Part shown: piece by piece, positions 58,838 to 64,000 of the stretch
Numbering within the stretch: the first letter of the stretch is position 1
Layout of the letters: each line of letters starts with the position of its first letter
Source: a bacterium
Lineage (GTDB): Bacteria; UBA8248
Direction: 5' to 3'
DNA: 64,000 nucleotides
NCBI GenBank assembly: GCA_965203325.1
Contig: OZ241875.1
Coordinates: forward strand, 2,496,001-2,560,000
Translations under genes and position numbers: made by a program
The notes under the pieces: model-generated
Seen by the model: only the letters and a program-made list of their open reading frames with translations
Database searches by the model: none
Told to the model about the DNA's origin: nothing

Positions 58838-60000
58838 CGAAGCCCGCCATGAAAACGCTATCGAACCGGCTGGTGAGGAAACTCACTGTCGAGAAGGACA
58901 CTGTTTTCTGGGACCGCGATCTGACCGGCTTCGGGGTCCGGGTCTATCCCACCGGCTCAAAAGTCTACATCGCCCAGGCGCGGGGTCCCGAGGGCCCCAA
59001 ACGCGTGGCGGTGGGCCGCCACGGCGTTATCCATGCGGAGGAGGCCAGGAAGCGCGCGGCGCTCGTCATCGCGCGCATCAAGGCGGGCGAGGAACCTGTG
59101 CCCGAGCCGATGAAGCCGGCCTGCGGTCCCACGGTGGCCGGGCTGGCGAGGCGCTATCTCGAAGAATACGTTTCCGTGCGGTGCAAGCCGCGCACCGTGA
59201 AGACGCTCCGCTCCGTGGTCGGCAGGAACATCGTCCCGGCGCTGGGCGCAATGCCGATATCCGCGGTCGAGCGCAAACACGTGGCGGAACTCCACGGGCG
59301 GCTGAGCGCCACGCCCGCGTCGGCGAACCATGCCGTCCGGGCGCTGTCCGCGATGTACCGCCTCGCAGGTGAATGGGGTCTCGTGCCCGAGGGCATGAAC
59401 CCGTGCCGCGCCATCGCCGAATACCCGGTCGGCCGGCGGGAGCGCTTCCTCACCGAGGCGGAATTCGACCGACTGGGACGCGCACTCGACAAAGTCGAGA
59501 CGGAGGGCGGCGCGTCCGCGTCAGCCGTGGCCGCCATCCGTCTCCTGATGCTGACCGGGTGCCGGAAGTCGGAAATCCTCACGCTGCGCTGGGAGGAGGT
59601 GACGCTCGATCAGGCGGAACTGCGGCTCACCGACTCCAAGACGGGCGCACGCGTCGTTTCGCTCTCGGAGCCCGCGGTGAAACTCCTCGCGGGTCTGCCG
59701 CGCACCCCCGGGGATCCCTGGGTCATTCCCGGTAGGAAGCCGGGAACGCACCTGCGGAAGCTCGACGACGCCTGGCAGGCCGTCCGCTCGCGTGCGGGGC
59801 TCGCCGACATGCGCCTCCATGACCTGCGCCATTCGTTCGCATCGCGCGCTCTCGCGCTCGGCGAGGGACTTTCTGTGATAGGCAAACTCCTTGGCCACGC
59901 CAGGATCGAGACCACCTCGCGCTACGCCCATCTCGCGCGCGATTCGGTGCGCGAATCAGCCGAGCGGGTCGCCGAGAGCATCGCCGAAGACATGCTGTAG
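58834..60000 (+). CDS. Second tyrosine integrase, paralog of the first, translationally coupled
   Basis: WDRDLTGFGVRV; TGCRKSE, HDLRH, LLGH..TSRY; ATGA overlap. Confidence 0.9.
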   Translation: MTKPAMKTLSNRLVRKLTVEKDTVFWDRDLTGFGVRVYPTGSKVYIAQARGPEGPKRVAVGRHGVIHAEEARKRAALVIARIKAGEEPVPEPMKPACGPTVAGLARRYLEEYVSVRCKPRTVKTLRSVVGRNIVPALGAMPISAVERKHVAELHGRLSATPASANHAVRALSAMYRLAGEWGLVPEGMNPCRAIAEYPVGRRERFLTEAEFDRLGRALDKVETEGGASASAVAAIRLLMLTGCRKSEILTLRWEEVTLDQAELRLTDSKTGARVVSLSEPAVKLLAGLPRTPGDPWVIPGRKPGTHLRKLDDAWQAVRSRAGLADMRLHDLRHSFASRALALGEGLSVIGKLLGHARIETTSRYAHLARDSVRESAERVAESIAEDML

Positions 60001-60112
60001 GCCACCGGGCGCAACTCCCGGGAAACCCGGCCGATGATAAGCGGTTTTCCTGTATCTCAATCCCCGGCCCCGAACGGGTCTTCTCCATCGCGTTGTCTCA
60101 CGTTTTTTGTCA

Positions 60113-60185
60113 TACCCCTACGCGCGCTACCGTGTGAGCGGGACGTTCTCGCTCTGGGGCGCGGTGGGCCACGGGCAGGGGGAGA
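60113..60185 (+). repeat. 73-bp copy of an internal piece of the autotransporter beta-domain gene
   Basis: Identical to 37539-37611; one mismatch to 63734-63806. Confidence 0.9.
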
Positions 60186-60190
60186 CGTCG

Positions 60191-60417
60191 ATGAACGCGC
60201 GGGGGAGAACCACCTGAACACGCGGGAGGCGGCCGCCTGGCTCGGCCTCTCGCCCAAGACGCTGGAGCGCTACCGCGTGAGCGGAGAGGGACCGGATTTT
60301 CTTCGCACCGGATACCGGGTGCGCTACCTGCTCGAAGACCTCGAGAAGTGGGCCTCCGCCCGGAGGTGGACTTCCACGTCCGAGGAGAGAGCCGCCCGGA
60401 GGAGGAAGAGGCGGTAG
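60191..60417 (+). CDS. Excisionase-like HTH (MerR/HTH_17) protein; start uncertain, ATG 60191 is out of frame by one base at a G5 run
   Basis: LNTREAAAWLGLSPKTLERYRVSGEGPDF...VRY..EDLEKW. Confidence 0.75.
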
Positions 60418-60499
60418 AGGGATATTCGGGAGAAGACGGGCGTCCTGCACGCGGCGGACCTCCCGGGAACCAGGGACATGCTCACGACGAAACGCCGGA

Positions 60500-60809
60500 T
60501 GGCCTCACAGGCCGTAGCGCAGCCTCGCCATCGCGGCCACGGCCGCCGAGTGCCCCCCTCGTAGATATCCCCCAGGTACGCCGCTATCCCGGCGTCGGTC
60601 TCGGGGTTTCCCGAGCGCTCGAATCCCCTGAGCGCCGTCTCGTACACTCGCCGCGTGTTCTCAGACATCGACGCCTTCGCCAGGTCGGCGGCCGCACGGG
60701 CCGGTCGGGCCGGCCTCCTCGTCAAAGCGATGTCCTGCGTCGGGTCGGATGGTCTTGCCCCCGTCGTCATGGCGAGAAGCCAACCTTCCAGATCGGCGAC
60801 CGTGTCCAT
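60500..60809 (-). pseudogene. N-terminal fragment of a Cre-like tyrosine recombinase (catalytic domain absent)
   Basis: ASMSENTRRVYETALRGF..DAGIAAYLGDIYEGG; after a G-run frameshift it continues HSAAVAAMA and then similarity ends. Confidence 0.6.
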
Positions 60810-60917
60810 TGCCTAGGGCCGCCCGAGCGCCTCCTTGATTGCCAAGTATGGACGACGACGGGGAATTTCCATAAAAAAAGCCGTTTCGCAAACGAATACC
60901 GGCGAAACGGCGGGTTT

Positions 60918-61130
60918 CTGGAGTCCGATAATTGCCATTATCGGAAAACATAACACCTCTGAAAGCCATGTCAAGCGCGATTTCGGGGTCCCCGGAGGGG
61001 TTTCGGGCGCCTTTTTGCGTCTTTTTTCGCTCATGTTTCGCTCATTTGCGGCCCGAATGCGCCCCGAAACGGGTTTTTCGGCGGAAAACAAGGCTTCTGG
61101 GGGCCAATAATGGCAATTAGCGGACACCAG
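60918..61130. promoter_or_regulatory. Candidate invertible promoter: inverted lox/dif-like sites flanking a sigma70 promoter
   Basis: 27-bp inverted repeats with 3 mismatches (60918-60944 / 61104-61130) sharing the TTGCCA spacer; internal minus-strand TTGACA-16 bp-TATGTT with extended TG. Confidence 0.6.
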
Positions 61131-61237
61131 CCCGGGTTCGAGGTGGGCGCATACCGCAGGAACATGTGTCTCGCGGAAAGACTCACTACCGGCTGCGTCA
61201 GCTTGAACCCGAAATCACGGAACAGGGGGCATTCCAA

Positions 61238-64000
61238 ATGAAGAACATTGCACGGATTTCGATGCTGCCGGCGGCGGCGTTCTGCAGCGCGGCCCGGCGG
61301 CGTGAAGTGCGCCCCGCCGGAGTGCGCGAGCCGGCTTCTCCGACGGGATCATACCAGCGGTCTGACCCGCGTCCCGGGCGCTTCCGCGCCCGCCTCTTCG
61401 GTCTCCTCCCCGTCCTTGCGTTGCTGGTAGGCGCCCTGTTCCTCCTCACCGCCGCGCCGGTCGAGGCACAGACCAAGACCTTCTCCATCACCGAGAGAGC
61501 CCGCGCTGCGGAGGGTGCCAGCGCCTCCCTGACTATCACCCTGAGCGAGGACGCGCCAAGCGCCGGGGTCGCGTTCACGGTCACCGCCGGATTCGGCGGT
61601 TCGTCGACCGCAGAGGCGGCGGACGTGATGTCCATCGACTCGCCGGTGACAATTCCCAGCGGCACCAGGAGCCTGAGTATCGCAATTCCCCTGACCGACG
61701 ACGACATGGATGAGGACGAGGAGACTTTCACTGTCACTATCGCCACTACGGCCGAGGGCTGGATGAAGGAAGGGGATGGCAAGGATACTGCCGTGGTCTC
61801 CATCGACGACGACGACAACGCCGGAGTCAACCTCATCGGTGTCAGTACCATCAGTAACGATAAGGGCCCAAAGATCGGGCATCTCAACGTGTACCAAAAC
61901 ACTCCGGCGACCTACCAAGTGGTGCTGACCAGCCGGCCGGTTGCGGATGTGACCATCAATGTGTCTGCGACGATGTGGAACAGTGTGTCCCCGGCGTCGC
62001 ACACCTTCGCCGCGAGTTCCGCGAATGACTGGAGGGAGCCGAAGGAGTTCACCGTAACTGCCGGTAGTCGCATCGGTAGTGCGCTCATCCTTCACACCGT
62101 GACAACTAGCGACCCCAACTACGGCACTCTTCAGTACAGCGACTGGTCTCACACTTCCAACAAACTACTACTGGACATCCGACCGCCCTTGCCGATGCCG
62201 ACTCGCCTGACGCTGCGCGCCGATCGCCTGCCGGCCGAGGGCGAAGGGGCAGTGACGGTGACGGCGACGCTGGACAATCCAGCGCCCTGGAGCGGCACGA
62301 CGGTCAGGCTCACCCTCTCGGGCACAGCCGCTGGTGAAGGAACCGACTACACGCTGTCGTCGACCACGATCAGCATCGGTGCAGCCCAGACGACCGGGAC
62401 GACGACCATCACGGTCACCGACGACAGCGCGGACGACGACGACGAGACCATCGTGCTGGAGGCGAGCAGCGGTAACCCGGAGCTGACTTCAAACAAGCTG
62501 ACGCTGACCATTGAGGACAACGACCAGACGGCGCAGCAGCAGCGCACGGAGCCGCTGACGGCGGCGTTCGAGCGGGCGCCGGCGGCGCATGACGGCACGG
62601 AGACGTTCCGGTTCAACGTGCGCTTCAGCGAGGCGCTGGGCGAGACCGCGAACGCCCCAGAGGTCGCCTCGTTCGCCGTGCGGGGCGGCAAGGTGAAGCG
62701 CGTGCGAAAGGTGGAGTCCGGCCTGTGGCGGGTGCGCATCGCGCCGAAGTCGTGGAAGGACGTGACGGTGACGCTGGCGGGCGGCCGCGCCTGCGATGAG
62801 GCGGGCGCGGTGTGCACGGCCGACGGGAGGTCCGTGTCGAACACGTCGACGATGACCATCGGCGGCCCGGTGCGGATCCGGGTCGAGGGCGCCCGGGCGA
62901 AGGAAGGCAGGGACGCATCGCTCGACTTCGCGGTGACGCTCAACCGCGCGGCGGCGCACGAGGTCTCGGTGGACTATGAGACCGCCGACGAGACGGCGAC
63001 GGCGGGGGCCGACTACACGGCGGTCTCCGGCACGCTGACCTTCGCGGCCGGCGAGACGGCGAAGACGGTCTCGGTCCCTGTGCTCGACGACGCCATCGAC
63101 GAGGGCAAGGAGGTCATGCGGCTCCTGCTCTCGAACCCGCAGGGGGCGTTCCTGCGAGGCGTGCACACCAAGGCGCGGGGGGTCATCCGCAACGACGACC
63201 CGCTGCAAAGGATGTGGCTCGCGCGCTTCGGGCGCGCGGCGGCGGGCCACGTCGCCGAGGCGATTGAAGGACGCCTTTCGGACGCCGCCGCGGGCGTCGT
63301 GCTGGGCGGCCACAGCCTCTCAGGCGGGCCGGAGCGCGAGGCCATCGAGTCGCGCCTCGCCGAGGCCCTCCTCAAGGAGAGGGAGGTCCGGCTCGGGCGC
63401 GGCGGGGAGGCGCCGGCGCCTTCGGTGCGCGAGGTCGCGATGTCCGACCTCCTCCTCGCGAGTTCGTTTCATATGGCCTCGGCGGAGAAGGTGGACGCCG
63501 GCTCGCGCTGGTCGCTGTGGGGCCGGGGCGCGCGCTCCTCGTTCGAGGGCGTCGAGGGTGATCTCTCGCTGGAGGGCGACGTGACGACGGCGACCGTGGG
63601 CTTCGACTACGAGCGGGCGCGCTGGCTGGTGGGCGTGGCGCTCTCGCGAAGCGCGGGCGACGGCTCGTACAAGGCGGGCGGCGCGTGCGATACGGGCTGC
63701 GCGGGCGAGGTGGAGAGCACGCTTACGGGTGTCTACCCCTACGCGCGCTACCGTGTGAGCGGGACGTTCTCGCTCTGGGGCGCTGTGGGCCACGGGCAGG
63801 GGGAGATGACGCTCACGCCCGGGGGGTCGTCCCCGGTGGAGGCCGACGTCGCGATGGGCATGGCGGCGGCCGGGGCGCGCGGGGTCGTTCTGCCCGCGCG
63901 CGAGGCGGGCGGGTTCGAGCTCGCGCTCCGCGCGGACGTCCTGGTGACGAACACGCGCTCGGACGCTGCGGCGGGCCTGGCGGAGACCGAGGCGCAGACG
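61238..64000 (+). CDS. Large surface protein with Calx-beta-like repeats and a C-terminal autotransporter beta-domain (3' end outside window)
   Basis: ATG 61238; signal peptide LLPVLALLVGALFLLTAAPVEA|Q; DDDMDEDEETFTV and ATAGADY..GTLTFAAGETAKTVSVPVLDDAIDEG motifs; same frame at both ends, no stop seen. Confidence 0.85.
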   Translation, partial: MKNIARISMLPAAAFCSAARRREVRPAGVREPASPTGSYQRSDPRPGRFRARLFGLLPVLALLVGALFLLTAAPVEAQTKTFSITERARAAEGASASLTITLSEDAPSAGVAFTVTAGFGGSSTAEAADVMSIDSPVTIPSGTRSLSIAIPLTDDDMDEDEETFTVTIATTAEGWMKEGDGKDTAVVSIDDDDNAGVNLIGVSTISNDKGPKIGHLNVYQNTPATYQVVLTSRPVADVTINVSATMWNSVSPASHTFAASSANDWREPKEFTVTAGSRIGSALILHTVTTSDPNYGTLQYSDWSHTSNKLLLDIRPPLPMPTRLTLRADRLPAEGEGAVTVTATLDNPAPWSGTTVRLTLSGTAAGEGTDYTLSSTTISIGAAQTTGTTTITVTDDSADDDDETIVLEASSGNPELTSNKLTLTIEDNDQTAQQQRTEPLTAAFERAPAAHDGTETFRFNVRFSEALGETANAPEVASFAVRGGKVKRVRKVESGLWRVRIAPKSWKDVTVTLAGGRACDEAGAVCTADGRSVSNTSTMTIGGPVRIRVEGARAKEGRDASLDFAVTLNRAAAHEVSVDYETADETATAGADYTAVSGTLTFAAGETAKTVSVPVLDDAIDEGKEVMRLLLSNPQGAFLRGVHTKARGVIRNDDPLQRMWLARFGRAAAGHVAEAIEGRLSDAAAGVVLGGHSLSGGPEREAIESRLAEALLKEREVRLGRGGEAPAPSVREVAMSDLLLASSFHMASAEKVDAGSRWSLWGRGARSSFEGVEGDLSLEGDVTTATVGFDYERARWLVGVALSRSAGDGSYKAGGACDTGCAGEVESTLTGVYPYARYRVSGTFSLWGAVGHGQGEMTLTPGGSSPVEADVAMGMAAAGARGVVLPAREAGGFELALRADVLVTNTRSDAAAGLAETEAQT

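Overview
GC-rich bacterial chromosome segment. Gene content (an swf-type PKS cluster, Calx-beta autotransporters, many MITE/REP repeats) suggests a marine-sponge symbiont, but this is inference. Two blocks of metabolic/housekeeping genes (1-19.4 kb, 41.1-57.4 kb) alternate with two accessory regions. (i) An island abutting the 3' end of tRNA-Ser(CGA), ~19.7-41.0 kb, carries cysC, a truncated cysD, a MATE pump, an swfA/swfC/swfB-like cluster (mono-modular PKS, B12 radical SAM, reductase-sulfotransferase), an IS256-fragment/autotransporter chimera and a frameshifted group II intron. (ii) An element from 57.4 kb to the window end carries tandem tyrosine integrases, an excisionase-like HTH, a truncated Cre-like recombinase and a large Calx-beta autotransporter that the ORF track omits because it runs off the edge. 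Features the ORF track does not show: three UGA-readthrough selenoprotein genes with UxxC motifs; a candidate invertible promoter (two inverted lox/dif-like sites around a sigma70 promoter) between the Cre-like gene and the adhesin; a 73-bp piece of the autotransporter gene next to the integrases; a recurring TTTGATTAC motif at module boundaries; and an ORF-less locus with NrdR-like and DnaA-like boxes, a strong promoter and a structured-RNA candidate. All calls come from reading the sequence; no searches were run.
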